Below are positions 20,717-30,854 of a DNA stretch of 64,000 nucleotides, in pieces. The notes beneath the pieces were generated by a model. That model was not told the DNA's origin. It saw only the letters and a list, made by a program, of their open reading frames with translations, and made no database searches. The translations under genes were made by a program, and so were the position numbers. The stretch spans positions 352,001-416,000 of the forward strand of contig CAXMWX010000005.1 in the NCBI GenBank assembly GCA_963422205.2. Direction: 5' to 3'. The DNA is from Gammaproteobacteria bacterium. Lineage in GTDB: Bacteria; Pseudomonadota; Gammaproteobacteria; Eutrophobiales; Eutrophobiaceae. Each line of letters begins with the position of its first letter. Position 1 is the stretch's first letter.

Positions 20717-21595
20717 ATGGACAATAAAAAAACAACCGTGCTGGAGGGGGTGAAGTATTATTTCAAAGCCGCCCGGCTGGATAATCGCAACAAGCCCCGC
20801 TGTGCTATCGTCTTTGTGCATGGCCTGCGCGATCATGCTGGCACCCATGACTTCTTTTTTCAGCAGCTTGCCGAGGAGGGGTGCCATATTCTCAGTTTTG
20901 ATCTCTTAGGGCACGGTTACAGCCCTGGCCAGCGCTGTTCCATTAAAGACTACCAGCAACACGTCCTGCTTGTCTGGCACAGCATCATCCGTGGCCTGCG
21001 CGAACACATTCCACAAAACATACCCATCATCATCATGGGATACTCCTATGGCTTCTCGCTGGTGGTGCATGCGCTGGCCGCCTTGAGCGGCAAACACCGC
21101 AGCATTGATACGCTGATGCAGCGGCGGGTAAAACTGGTGGTGGGCCTAAGCCCGGCGTTCAAGGTCGGTCATATCGCCTCCCCGCTGATGCGTTTGTTAT
21201 CGCCCGTGCTGGCCTTCCTCTCCCGCCATGTAAAAAACATCCCCTTCAAGACGATGGATATACGCAGTATCTCCGATGATGAGGAGATCCTGAAAGTGAT
21301 TGAAACCGATCCGAGAGTATTTAAGGGCAACATCGGCCTGCACACCGCCAGAAATGTCCACATCGCTGGCAAGACCGCACTCAAGCTGTTGCCGACTATT
21401 CAGCTCCCCTTCCTGCTGATATTCGGCAGCGAGGATTTTGTCGTGCCAGTCACAGCCGAGGAGATCCACCATCGGCAGGACATTCAACTGCATATCATCA
21501 AAGGCGGCAAACACAATATCTTCGATGGTGATAATCTCTATGCTGGCCGCACACTGGAATCCATCTTGCGGGCGATAGAGGGACAGTGCGGATGA
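20717..21595 (+). CDS. Alpha/beta hydrolase (lysophospholipase-like)
   Basis: FVHG, FDLLGHGYS, GYSYG nucleophile elbow, GSED, GGKH. Confidence 0.85.
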   Translation: MDNKKTTVLEGVKYYFKAARLDNRNKPRCAIVFVHGLRDHAGTHDFFFQQLAEEGCHILSFDLLGHGYSPGQRCSIKDYQQHVLLVWHSIIRGLREHIPQNIPIIIMGYSYGFSLVVHALAALSGKHRSIDTLMQRRVKLVVGLSPAFKVGHIASPLMRLLSPVLAFLSRHVKNIPFKTMDIRSISDDEEILKVIETDPRVFKGNIGLHTARNVHIAGKTALKLLPTIQLPFLLIFGSEDFVVPVTAEEIHHRQDIQLHIIKGGKHNIFDGDNLYAGRTLESILRAIEGQCG

Positions 21596-21596
21596 A

Positions 21597-21615
21597 TGGT
21601 GCCGGATGGGGGACT
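21597..21615 (-). other. att-like site: duplicated tRNA 3' end
   Basis: Reverse complement AGTCCCCCATCCGGCACCA = part of T-loop, T-stem, acceptor arm and CCA; the match breaks in the T-loop and AT-rich DNA follows. Confidence 0.75.
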
Positions 21616-21730
21616 AGGAATTAGCTTAACAAACAGATATTTATGTAATATTTATCGTAAAATAATCGTAAATCCTGTTGTTTTATTATTTTTTTTGAGT
21701 AGCAAAATATCAATACACATTAGTATTTTA

Positions 21731-22222
21731 CTATACACGATAGTGTTTTTTGGAGCCGACACGTCCCAATTCATCCAGCACATCAATCGCATCCCCCTCC
21801 AGAACCCGAGCGCTATGAGCCGCTAGTCGGTCTATATCCAACGTCTCTTTGACATCCCCCCAAACGGGGCTGGCTGGCGTATAGATGAGCGCTCCCATGC
21901 CCTGTTTGCCAACACAGGCCAGCCGGTCCAATGGCATCAAACTTGCCGGGTTGATGCCCGACCGTCGTGCTTGGCGGTCGACCAATAACCGACCCCAACC
22001 ATCGGGTAGACTGTCATGGAACATGCCATGTAAGCCCTCAAAACACCCCAGATCATGTGGCTTGACCAGGCCACTCTCGTCCAGCGGATGATGTAACGGC
22101 GACAGGGAGTGTCCCTCGGTCAGAAAGGCCGGCGCATATTCCAGATAAGCCAGCCCATCACGCCAGGCAAGCGAGACGACCAGCGCCGTCCCCGTCTGTC
22201 TGCTTACCGAAGTTCCCGTCAC
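21731..22222 (-). pseudogene. hipA: HipA kinase, truncated (N-terminal part only)
   Basis: DSLPDGWGRLL, LDRLACVG..GMGAL; ends just before the expected GGARPK loop. Confidence 0.8.
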
Positions 22223-22506
22223 GTAATCCGGCCTCGCTGGCGTTGACCTCTATCCAACACCTCATCCAGCGTCCGGAAATCCGGCTGTTGCAAGATCCCA
22301 TCTAAGGATGCTTCATCCCGCAGGGCAATGAGTAGGCGGATAAACGATCCGAGCGAAATCTGTCCGGTTCTCTCAAACTTCTTCAGTGTTCCAAGCGGTA
22401 CGCCGGAGCGCAATGCCAGCCCTTGCTGGGTTAAAGCACAGGCCAGCCGCCGTGCTCGTAATCGTGAGGCGAGGGTTTGGTGATAGTCAAGGTAATTATA
22501 CTCCAT
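22219..22506 (-). CDS. XRE-family HTH antitoxin (HipB-like)
   Basis: LTQQGLALRSGVPLGTLKKFERTGQISL; overlaps the hipA start. Confidence 0.85.
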   Translation of the reverse strand: MEYNYLDYHQTLASRLRARRLACALTQQGLALRSGVPLGTLKKFERTGQISLGSFIRLLIALRDEASLDGILQQPDFRTLDEVLDRGQRQRGRIT

Positions 22507-22734
22507 AATAGATATTATAGCATCTTTTATATGTCTGAATAGACAAGTACGATGACTGATATATCTATTCAATACATTGCCTGATACAATGAGGCGAATG
22601 CGGTATTTGATACCGGGCGGGGGATATTTGTTGATGCCAGCGGCCAGTTCTCCAGATTTCTGAGCGCCAAACGGCCTGAACAGGCACAGGAAATTAAGGT
22701 TCACACAGGTACATGACTATGTGATTATGACCGC

Positions 22735-23199
22735 ATGAAATTGAACAGCAAAAAAATACTGATCGGCGTGGCTACGTTAGCCGAGTTGGAAAGTTCCCGG
22801 CATACCGAGGGTGTTGATTATCTGGTCTATCTTGAGGATACCCCTGATCTGTTTATCAAAGATCATGTCAACAACATCAATTACATCAATGCGGCCGCCC
22901 ATGGCTTTTACAGCGAGTTATGGGAGCGGGAAAAAGACGTGATTTCGCCTGTTGCTACTCCCTTAACGCTGTTAAACAGCAAGGTATTTGCTTTTGTGCA
23001 GCATAGCAAAAACGGCTTTTTTGAAAAGGCCGACCAGGCTGAATTCGATATCAAGTTCATCGTTCGCAAGCTCAATGTGAGCGACATGACGATTGCTGCC
23101 CGGTATATTGACCCTGATGCCCTTGCTGAAGTACAAAAAATCATCGACAGCGTAAAGCCAGATGCACCTCTCCAGCAGACTATGGGGCCGGGTATGTGA
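22735..23199 (+). CDS. Hypothetical protein with C-terminal ...TMGPGM tail
   Basis: 154-aa ORF; no family recognised. Confidence 0.65.
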   Translation: MKLNSKKILIGVATLAELESSRHTEGVDYLVYLEDTPDLFIKDHVNNINYINAAAHGFYSELWEREKDVISPVATPLTLLNSKVFAFVQHSKNGFFEKADQAEFDIKFIVRKLNVSDMTIAARYIDPDALAEVQKIIDSVKPDAPLQQTMGPGM

Positions 23200-23214
23200 T
23201 ACACAACTCATACG

Positions 23215-23284
23215 TCTTCTGTCACTTTTAGCTTATAGGCTAAATTTAGTCTATTTACTAAACAGGTCTAAAAGTGACAGAAGA
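23215..23284. repeat. 17-bp perfect inverted repeat with nested palindrome
   Basis: TCTTCTGTCACTTTTAG ... CTAAAAGTGACAGAAGA; the spacer contains the near-palindrome ATAGGCTAAATTTAGTCTAT. Confidence 0.9.
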
Positions 23285-23450
23285 TAAATTATTGTTTAAA
23301 AACCCATTATAGTCTGGAGCTTGGTTACCCACCACCTTACTTGGCCGGAAGAGATGAATAAAAAACTGAATTTAGACTCTGAGTAGCTGATGTTGAAGCT
23401 GTTGATTATCTTGAATCAATGGCCATCTGTATAGGAATGTTTATAGCAAG

Positions 23451-23741
23451 TTAATCAAATATTTTAATGACTATTCCCGCCACAGACGCTGCTACAACTG
23501 CAGCCGTACCTGCAACTGCAAACAGGCTTTTCCAAAAGCCAGTCCTGATTTTTTCTATTTCAACTTTAATGGACTCCATCGCAGTTTTCAGAGATTCCAT
23601 ATCAGCCTGTGTTGCCAAGTGCTGCACATGTGCTTCCAGCCTGGCTACTCTTTCGCCTATATCTCTGCCATCTCCACCGCCTGCCGAGGATGGTGCAGAA
23701 CGGTCAGGGTTTGGTGCTAATGAGTGTATGTTATCAGCCAT
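23451..23741 (-). CDS. Small coiled-coil protein with C-terminal TM helix
   Basis: GGGDG...ERVARLEAHVQHLATQADM coiled coil followed by a hydrophobic helix. Confidence 0.6.
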   Translation of the reverse strand: MADNIHSLAPNPDRSAPSSAGGGDGRDIGERVARLEAHVQHLATQADMESLKTAMESIKVEIEKIRTGFWKSLFAVAGTAAVVAASVAGIVIKIFD

Positions 23742-24209
23742 AGTCCAGCCATTCCCAGAGATCACCATTCGTGAAACCCGAGTAGGCGGAATTCAGTTTG
23801 AAAACAGCGCCACTGTCTTTGTGATTCTCGCTGTTTATCCCAAGAGTTTCGCAAATTTTACCAGTAGTTGTGTTTTCAGCGCGAATAGAAATACATGCGC
23901 GTCAGTATGATGAGCATAATGATCTGGATAGTGCTCCTCAACCCTATATCCCTGCTTTCATTTGATGGGTTGTCAATAACAACAAGGTAAACAGCCATAG
24001 CCTATATTCTCAATTCTCTATTTGCATTATTGTTATCCTATGCAAGGATAGCCACTCATAAGTGCACATTGTTAATCTACTAGCTATTCTTAGTATTACA
24101 TATTATCAGGTATAGGGACAAGTTTCGCCCGTCATAAGTACCGATGATGCACGTTTCTATGAGCGTATAGGCCGCAAGATGGCGATACATGAACGGTACT
24201 CCGCTTGTC

Positions 24210-25352
24210 TTAGGCATTGCGGTTGATAGCGACTGCCCGGAGCTTGTCTCGGTAGCGGTCTATGCCATGATAGATATCGACCCGTTCAGGTTTGGCGTTC
24301 GTGAAGAAAAGCATACGCACGTAGCGGTATAAGCGGCTTATACTTGAAATGCTGGGTTGAATGCGGAAGTTTTTTGAATACTTTCCGTCGATGGGGTGAG
24401 CAAACGGCAGATACTTCATGTCACCATAGTGGCGAAATTTCTGTTGGCGCACCAGGAAGCTAACGACTCGATCGAGCCAGCCGCCCCAGGGAATGAATGC
24501 AGCTAGAAGGCGGAATAGGTGTTTGAGGCCGGTGATGCAGGTTCCCGAAGGTGGTGCGAATGGAACTGGGTCGGCGGCATTGACGACTCTATAGATTGGT
24601 GTCTTGAACCAGCCGAGTAGCCCTGTATCACCAACTCGGGGCGCGCCAAAGGTATAGCACGCGGCGAGTTGCTTGGAACTCAGATACCAAGTGGCAACAA
24701 TCGCAAGGGCACCACCAAGAGAATGGCCGGTGACGTATAGCGGCAAGTCTTTGACTTCCTTATACGCCAAGCGTTCGAGGATTTCTTTCTCAGCCGACTT
24801 ATAGGCATTGTGAAAACCTTTGTGCATATTGCCGATCAGTTCTTCGTCGCCGACATTCGGATTAACAATCGGCGTGGGTGTCGTCTCCAAGTTGGTGAAC
24901 CAGTCGCTAACTTGTTGTGTTCCACGGAAAACAAGCACAGCGAAAGGTTGTTCCGTCTCTGTTGCGTTGCGAACGATGACCATAGCCTGTGTATCCGTCT
25001 CCGGAATATGGATTGGCGCGTCACCGACGAGGGAGAAATGACCAGCGGCGAGAGCCGCTTTCAGAATTTTGTTGTTTTCACCGTTACGTTCACCTACGCT
25101 GGATAATGTCAGGGCGAGTTTTTGCAGGCGCTTTTTGATGTCATCAATGCTAGTTTTCTTGTCGGCGGCAAGATTGGAGAGGTCCTTGGCCATAGACATC
25201 AGGACATCATCAGATTCCTCATCAAAGCGTTCGTATACGATGTCGGCAAGCAGGGCCATCATCCATGCTATGCGGTCACTGTAGGCTGCACGTTTTGCGG
25301 GCACACTCATACTGTCGAGTTTTTCAAAATCCTGGTTCGTATTATGAATCAT
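24210..25352 (-). CDS. Lipase class 3 family protein
   Basis: LVFRGT, HKGF, VTGHSLGGALA, YTFGAPRVG, RVVN..DPVP. Confidence 0.9.
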   Translation of the reverse strand: MIHNTNQDFEKLDSMSVPAKRAAYSDRIAWMMALLADIVYERFDEESDDVLMSMAKDLSNLAADKKTSIDDIKKRLQKLALTLSSVGERNGENNKILKAALAAGHFSLVGDAPIHIPETDTQAMVIVRNATETEQPFAVLVFRGTQQVSDWFTNLETTPTPIVNPNVGDEELIGNMHKGFHNAYKSAEKEILERLAYKEVKDLPLYVTGHSLGGALAIVATWYLSSKQLAACYTFGAPRVGDTGLLGWFKTPIYRVVNAADPVPFAPPSGTCITGLKHLFRLLAAFIPWGGWLDRVVSFLVRQQKFRHYGDMKYLPFAHPIDGKYSKNFRIQPSISSISRLYRYVRMLFFTNAKPERVDIYHGIDRYRDKLRAVAINRNA

Positions 25353-25492
25353 GGTGCTTTTTTAATTTACAATTTATTTATTATGTAATCCATTCCGGAT
25401 TTAATGATTTTCCTGCGATTTTACGGGCGGAGCAAAATAGTGAAGGGCATCCACACCTTGAAGGGCCACCACATTCTGGAGAGGTCAATTAT

Positions 25493-26107
25493 TCACATCC
25501 CCGGCCCGGTTTCCGGCTCAGGGGCTGGTTTGGGAGATGGATTATCCGGCCACAGCGCACTGAGCGGGAAAGTAATCGCATCAAATGGTGGGACTGAGAC
25601 GGCGGCATCACCCGCCAGCGAGGCAATCAGCGACCACCGGCTATCGGTGAGCTGGAAGGCTTCCAGGGTACGGGCATCAGGATCGACAAACCACAGATAG
25701 TCTACCCCCTCACGGGCATAGATGTCGCGCTTGTCGGTCAAATCGAGCTGGCGGGTGGATGGCGATAACACCTCGCAAACCCAGTCCGGGGCAAGTTCAA
25801 AGAAGGCGGCATTTGGGAGGCTGGGCATAGTCTCGCGTCGCCAACCGGCCAAGTCCGGCACCAGAATGTCCTCGCCCAGGTGCAGCTCCGGCTCATCAAT
25901 AATCCACCAGCCTCCCGGGCCGCCTCGGCCTGAGTTAAAAGGATCATCCAGAGAACCACCTAAGCGAGAACTCGCCCAGGCATGAGGTATAGCCGGGCGG
26001 GGCTGCATCCGCAGCACACCATAGATGACTTCTGCCACCTTGTGTAGTGGTGCATCCAGCACATCCTGGTAGGTGGCTTTACGGGTGTTAGGGGCAGGGG
26101 TGGACAT
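25493..26107 (-). CDS. Uma2 (DUF820) family endonuclease, copy 1
   Basis: EPELHLG, VPDLAGWRRE, APDWVCEVLSPST, K..IYA..GV..LWFVDP; tail PSPKPAPEPETGPGM. Confidence 0.9.
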   Translation of the reverse strand: MSTPAPNTRKATYQDVLDAPLHKVAEVIYGVLRMQPRPAIPHAWASSRLGGSLDDPFNSGRGGPGGWWIIDEPELHLGEDILVPDLAGWRRETMPSLPNAAFFELAPDWVCEVLSPSTRQLDLTDKRDIYAREGVDYLWFVDPDARTLEAFQLTDSRWSLIASLAGDAAVSVPPFDAITFPLSALWPDNPSPKPAPEPETGPGM

Positions 26108-26257
26108 AGGCCACATCTTAACGACATTCAGGGCGAAAACCAAACGGCATGGGTTTTCCGAGCCTTAAATCCTGCCCCTTAGACTTGCTTTTATTGGCTG
26201 GTGGTGTAAGGTAAAATCCCACAAACGATAGACACCTGATTGAAGGGGGGGATAGCC

Positions 26258-26647
26258 ATGAGCATGTATGATTACTGGGCGGGACGCGATGATGCTGAAG
26301 CCTCAGCGAAGATGGGCAGGATCATAGACAACATGGCACTGGCTGAGGAGCGTGCCAGGAAAGAAAGGGTTTTCGAGAAGTGCTCCAATACCATGAATGG
26401 CCTCGCCTCCCGTGTCTGTTCAGAGATTAAGTGGAAGACACAGTACAAGGCGAGTGTATCGGCATGGGCGCATGAGGCCGACACCCTCAAAAAAGAGCTG
26501 CTACGGATAGCGGGGGATACACAAGAAGTCCGTGACTTCATTGCTAGGACAGAGAAAGAGGCGGATGAATTTTATAAGCAAGATTATAAAGATTTCCTAT
26601 CCAAGGAGGAGTATTATCAGCAGCACGCTGCCGAGTTTGGCAAATAA
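26258..26647 (+). CDS. Hypothetical alpha-helical protein
   Basis: ORF with G-rich RBS before the ATG, convergent with dotA. Confidence 0.6.
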   Translation: MSMYDYWAGRDDAEASAKMGRIIDNMALAEERARKERVFEKCSNTMNGLASRVCSEIKWKTQYKASVSAWAHEADTLKKELLRIAGDTQEVRDFIARTEKEADEFYKQDYKDFLSKEEYYQQHAAEFGK

Positions 26648-26683
26648 GCCATAAGACCTGATAGCGAGACTTCACCCGAAAAT

Positions 26684-28990
26684 TTAGGCATCTCTATCGT
26701 GTCCACGCGGGTTAGGTGTTCTATCATCCCCCGCTGCCTGCTGGTGTTCCTGAGCAGTTGCCTTCTCTCCCTGACCCTCCCCCTTAGCCACGACATTTCC
26801 TGGGGCATGTTGCTCTTCGGCGGCGTCATTCGTGGCTTGGGTGTTATCTGCATCACTTGTAGCTCCCTGTTCTTTAGCCCCTTGCTCACCTTGCCCCTGG
26901 CCATTTTCTTTTCCCTTGCCGGCGATTTTATCTGTGGTCTCTTTGACGACCTTATCGCCGCCCCGGCCGGCGGCCATCATCATGGTTTTGCCTTCCTCGC
27001 TGGTTTGCGTCTCGCCGAGGTTGGCCGAAGACTGGCCTATCCATGCCAGGGTGCGGTCTGGGATGACGTAGACCAGTGAGAAGGCGGTCTTGGCGAGGAT
27101 AAGCACCATGATGACCAGCAGGGCGAGCATGCCTAACAGGGTGACAAGTCCGTTGATGTTCCCTGCGGTCATCCCCTTAACGAAGGGGGCGAACATGACC
27201 AGCAGCAACTCACTGCCATAGTGTAACAGCAGCATGCCCCCGACCAGGCCAGCGATCATGAGCACGGGTCGGGCGATGAGTGAGAGCACCAGCATCCAGC
27301 CGGCCTTGCCGTGGCTGCCGGCGATGCCATCGCCTTCTGGCACGGCATGTGCGGCGGCCCAGAAGGGGGCGGCGAAGATGGCTTCAAGCAGCATGACCAG
27401 CCAGCCGATGACGGCGGCAAACCAGTTGATAAAGGGGATGGCGGGGAAGTAGAAGGCGAGCAGCAGGCCGAGCATAAAGAAGGCGATAGAAAATATCCCT
27501 AAGATTTTGATCGTCGTGTGGATGATGCTCTGTGCGCCCTTGGCGGTCGCGCTGATGGCGTTGCCTATACCAGGGATGAAGCTGAGCAGACCCTTCTCGC
27601 TTGCCCCGGCCGCCGCATCGACTTTCCCTTTGATCAGTGCGGCGGTTATCCACAAGGCTTCTGTGCTGCCAATGATCCAGTGTCCTAGCGATTGCAGTTT
27701 GACCTCGGCATGGCCATCATCTAAGAAGAAGGCGGAGATTTTATCCATCAGCGGGCTAAACCAGACATGCGTTAAGCGGGCGAAGGTATCATGGGCATCT
27801 CCCACAGTGAGTGTGGGTGTGAGGCCAGCGACCCCGGCACTTTCCATTTTCGGGATGACGGTGGCGTTGATTCGGATCAGCTCATTTTTGACTTCAATCG
27901 CCCAGTATTTGGAGCCCATTCGTCTGAAGTCGGGGTGGGTGTAGGCAGGTCGGGTGGCGATGGCGTCACTGATTTGTCGGTTAATGCCGGCCATCGTCCA
28001 GAACCAGGTGCCGGCATACAGCCAGCCGGCATCTTTGGCCTCGGTGTAGAAGGCTTTATTGGCCTGGTTGACCTCTCCCTCACCCTGCTGGATGGCTTTG
28101 GCGGCGGCGGTGCGGATGGATGCGTTGTAGGCATTGATAAACGTCTGCATGCTGTCAGCCGTTTTTTGTTTTACCTCTCGTGAGGATTTCTTTTTACTGA
28201 GCAAGTAGCGGGCGGCTTCTTTGTTTAAGTCGAGGGTTAGCCGGGTAAAGGCGGCGATGGTCGCCTTGTGCATATACGCACTGACCGGGCCGGGGGGATG
28301 GCTTATCGTGAAGCTGCCACAGCCCCTCTCGGCGATGCTGAAGCCGGGCCGCCCATCGAAAGAATAGGAATAGGTCTGGGTACCGTCTTTGCCTGTTGTT
28401 CGTTGTTTATTGATGGTGATCTTTTGTTCTTTTTTACCCTTATATTTTATATCACTCAATTTCAGCATACAGATATGCGAGTTATACAGGGCGATGGCCA
28501 TCTCTTCGGTATTTGGTGGGCTGACATTGACGATGGGGCCGGTGTTCTTGAAGTAGTCCAGGACCGCATCGTAGGTGAGGTCGGCGAACTTAAAGCCGAG
28601 GGCGGCGAACAGCAGGATCATGATTTGCACCAGCGAGTAGCCTTTGGCGATGGGCATGACCAGGGCGAGTGAGAAGGCGCTACGCAGGGGGATCCAGAGG
28701 TTGCTGTATTTTTTGCCGCCTGGTTCCCCCTCATGGGCGGTATTGGCGGTCATGGTGATGGTCGTCCAGATCATCAGGGCGACGGCGGCACCCAAGGCGG
28801 CGGCGTTGATGACGCTGGAGATGGCGGCGAGTATGCCGGGGGCGTTGGTGCCATCGAGGATAGTTTGTAGCGAGCGTGGGTCGAGGCCAAAGATATCGAT
28901 GATGGACTGGATGGCCTGATTGGGGTCGCCAGCGGCGAGGGCAAGTTCGGGGGTGAGCAGGAGCAGGGTGGTGTAGGCTATTTTATTCAT
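26684..28990 (-). CDS. dotA: DotA/TraY family type IVB secretion inner-membrane protein
   Basis: NTAHEG..GGK....WIPLR, GYSLVQ, GWLYAGTWF, LAFYFPAIPFINW, EAIFAAPFWAAAH..PEGDG, RPVLMIAG, IPDRTLAWIG. Confidence 0.9.
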   Translation of the reverse strand: MNKIAYTTLLLLTPELALAAGDPNQAIQSIIDIFGLDPRSLQTILDGTNAPGILAAISSVINAAALGAAVALMIWTTITMTANTAHEGEPGGKKYSNLWIPLRSAFSLALVMPIAKGYSLVQIMILLFAALGFKFADLTYDAVLDYFKNTGPIVNVSPPNTEEMAIALYNSHICMLKLSDIKYKGKKEQKITINKQRTTGKDGTQTYSYSFDGRPGFSIAERGCGSFTISHPPGPVSAYMHKATIAAFTRLTLDLNKEAARYLLSKKKSSREVKQKTADSMQTFINAYNASIRTAAAKAIQQGEGEVNQANKAFYTEAKDAGWLYAGTWFWTMAGINRQISDAIATRPAYTHPDFRRMGSKYWAIEVKNELIRINATVIPKMESAGVAGLTPTLTVGDAHDTFARLTHVWFSPLMDKISAFFLDDGHAEVKLQSLGHWIIGSTEALWITAALIKGKVDAAAGASEKGLLSFIPGIGNAISATAKGAQSIIHTTIKILGIFSIAFFMLGLLLAFYFPAIPFINWFAAVIGWLVMLLEAIFAAPFWAAAHAVPEGDGIAGSHGKAGWMLVLSLIARPVLMIAGLVGGMLLLHYGSELLLVMFAPFVKGMTAGNINGLVTLLGMLALLVIMVLILAKTAFSLVYVIPDRTLAWIGQSSANLGETQTSEEGKTMMMAAGRGGDKVVKETTDKIAGKGKENGQGQGEQGAKEQGATSDADNTQATNDAAEEQHAPGNVVAKGEGQGEKATAQEHQQAAGDDRTPNPRGHDRDA

Positions 28991-29049
28991 TGGTAGTTCT
29001 CATTTTGTAGTAGCAGTATTTCATGAAAACGCTGGCATTTTTGGCAAGA

Positions 29050-29091
29050 CACTTAAAACCTTTAAAGCATCTAAAACATATAATGTGTAAA
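29050..29091 (-). promoter_or_regulatory. Conserved promoter/operator upstream of dotA (9-bp TAAAACA-type repeats)
   Basis: 36/42 identical to 44519-44560 by manual alignment. Confidence 0.65.
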
Positions 29092-29267
29092 TTCTGCTGC
29101 ATAAACAGCAAATAATGCGTGATTTATAGCAGACTATACTCTATCTTTCAATGCTGGAAGGCAGGCAATGAAAAGAGATAATTATCCACTGTATATTACG
29201 TCAATCACTGTAATAAAGTAGGTTAGCAAAAACTGTATTTCACATTTAACCAAACCCTACCGAAATC

Positions 29268-29804
29268 ATGCACCGACACCACACCGTTATCATCCTGATG
29301 GTCGCTATGACGATCTCCCCACCCGGGCTGACTGTCTCTCGCACTGACGCTCTGCCGGATTGTTATCATGCCATCAGTGGGGCGATAGCAGCGCAGCGCG
29401 CCTGGTCACGACAGGGCTTTGAAGTCGCCAACCGAACGTTAAGCAATAACACGGATTCGCTGTTCAATCTGGATTGCTTGAAAGACATTGCGCTGGCCGG
29501 TGGGATCAACATCTACGGGAAAAACCCGCTGGATATTCTGAAAAAGAAGCTCTGTGATTTTGCCAACCAGCAGATAGATGAGGTCAATGCCCGTACCCGG
29601 CAGCAGGTTGACCTGCCGCATGGTCTGGGTGGGTTAGATGCGGATACCGGGCTGGGCTCGGATAGCAGCCGGGCAAAGCATCCTGTCATCCGCAAGCCAT
29701 CGGCCTCGGTCTCCGGGCGTACCCAGGCGGGGACAAAGGGAGTTAAGGGCAGGGTCAAGAAAAATACCACGGGCTTCTCCAACTTGAAGGACTTTTTCAA
29801 ATGA
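29268..29804 (+). CDS. Exported Cys-containing protein, possibly TraL-like
   Basis: Signal peptide, three spaced Cys, position in the transfer cluster; family uncertain. Confidence 0.5.
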   Translation: MHRHHTVIILMVAMTISPPGLTVSRTDALPDCYHAISGAIAAQRAWSRQGFEVANRTLSNNTDSLFNLDCLKDIALAGGINIYGKNPLDILKKKLCDFANQQIDEVNARTRQQVDLPHGLGGLDADTGLGSDSSRAKHPVIRKPSASVSGRTQAGTKGVKGRVKKNTTGFSNLKDFFK

Positions 29805-30841
29805 GACACATCCTCATCGTGTACTTCACCCTGGCTGTGTTGCCAACACCACTAAGCGCCGCCCCCTGCTGCCCGGCGGAGATCAGTGCTACCCGAAGTG
29901 TGGCCTCGGCAGTGACCACCATGAACCAATCCTTGGTGGCGACATTGAAGGTGCTTGGTCAAGCCGTCACCCAGCAACTGGTGGCAAACAATCACAGCCA
30001 GTTGACGGCCATCCAGACCCAGACCAAGGTGTTTGAGCAGATCATGAAGACCCATGCGGCGACCCTGGCCAGCCAGCAGGCACAACGGGATTTTGGCACT
30101 GCTGGTGAGATTACCGTGAATGGCAGGCAGGTGATTCTCTCCTCCCGCTCGCCCACACTGTGTGATGAGCTGGCGGCGGCGCGCCGGGCAGGCATGAGTG
30201 CAGAGAAGATAGCCGAACTCAACGCACTGTTGCTGGCCGATCAAGCGGCACACAATCGTGATGTGGTGAGTATGAATGAGACGGCTGAACGTATGAGACG
30301 CACTGAGACGAGCAGTTTTGATGCCACCTGGCTGGGCTTGGATAGCTTGACTGAGGCCGAGGTGCTGGCGGCTAATGAGCAGATCAAGTACCTGACCAAT
30401 CCCCTACCATTGCCCGCTTTGGCAGACGATGCCAGGGCCACACCAGCCGGTGGGGATTACATGGAGCAACGTTCGCTGATCAACAGCCGTATTGAAGTCA
30501 CGCAGGCGGCTTTGAGTGAGAATCTGGCGATGCGCGCACCCGTGCTTGAGGATGGCGAAGGCAAGCGAAGTCGCCTGTCGGAGATGCAGCGGCGGGTTGA
30601 CAGTACGATTGATGATGTGGGCGATACTGCCTGGCTTAAACGTATAGAGCAGAAAGGTATAGCGGCCTTGTTAAGGGAGTTAAATATCACGGCAGCACAC
30701 CTGTACAAACTGAACCTGTCGCAATATCGGATGGACTTACAGCGCAATAACCTGCTGGCGGTGTTGGCATCGCATCATAACAAAGGACAGGCCGATGCCG
30801 TCTATAACGAATACCAGCACACCTTATACGATGACAAATGA
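29801..30841 (+). CDS. TraW/IcmX-like exported conjugative transfer protein
   Basis: Signal peptide, helical; YLTNPLP..AL....ATPAG..Y recalls IncI TraW; divergent from dotA. Confidence 0.55.
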   Translation: MRHILIVYFTLAVLPTPLSAAPCCPAEISATRSVASAVTTMNQSLVATLKVLGQAVTQQLVANNHSQLTAIQTQTKVFEQIMKTHAATLASQQAQRDFGTAGEITVNGRQVILSSRSPTLCDELAAARRAGMSAEKIAELNALLLADQAAHNRDVVSMNETAERMRRTETSSFDATWLGLDSLTEAEVLAANEQIKYLTNPLPLPALADDARATPAGGDYMEQRSLINSRIEVTQAALSENLAMRAPVLEDGEGKRSRLSEMQRRVDSTIDDVGDTAWLKRIEQKGIAALLRELNITAAHLYKLNLSQYRMDLQRNNLLAVLASHHNKGQADAVYNEYQHTLYDDK

Positions 30842-30854
30842 TGAGGAGATTACC

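Noticed and set aside
21597-21672. Complete tRNA gene
   Set aside because: Only the last 19 nt match; the D and anticodon arms are absent
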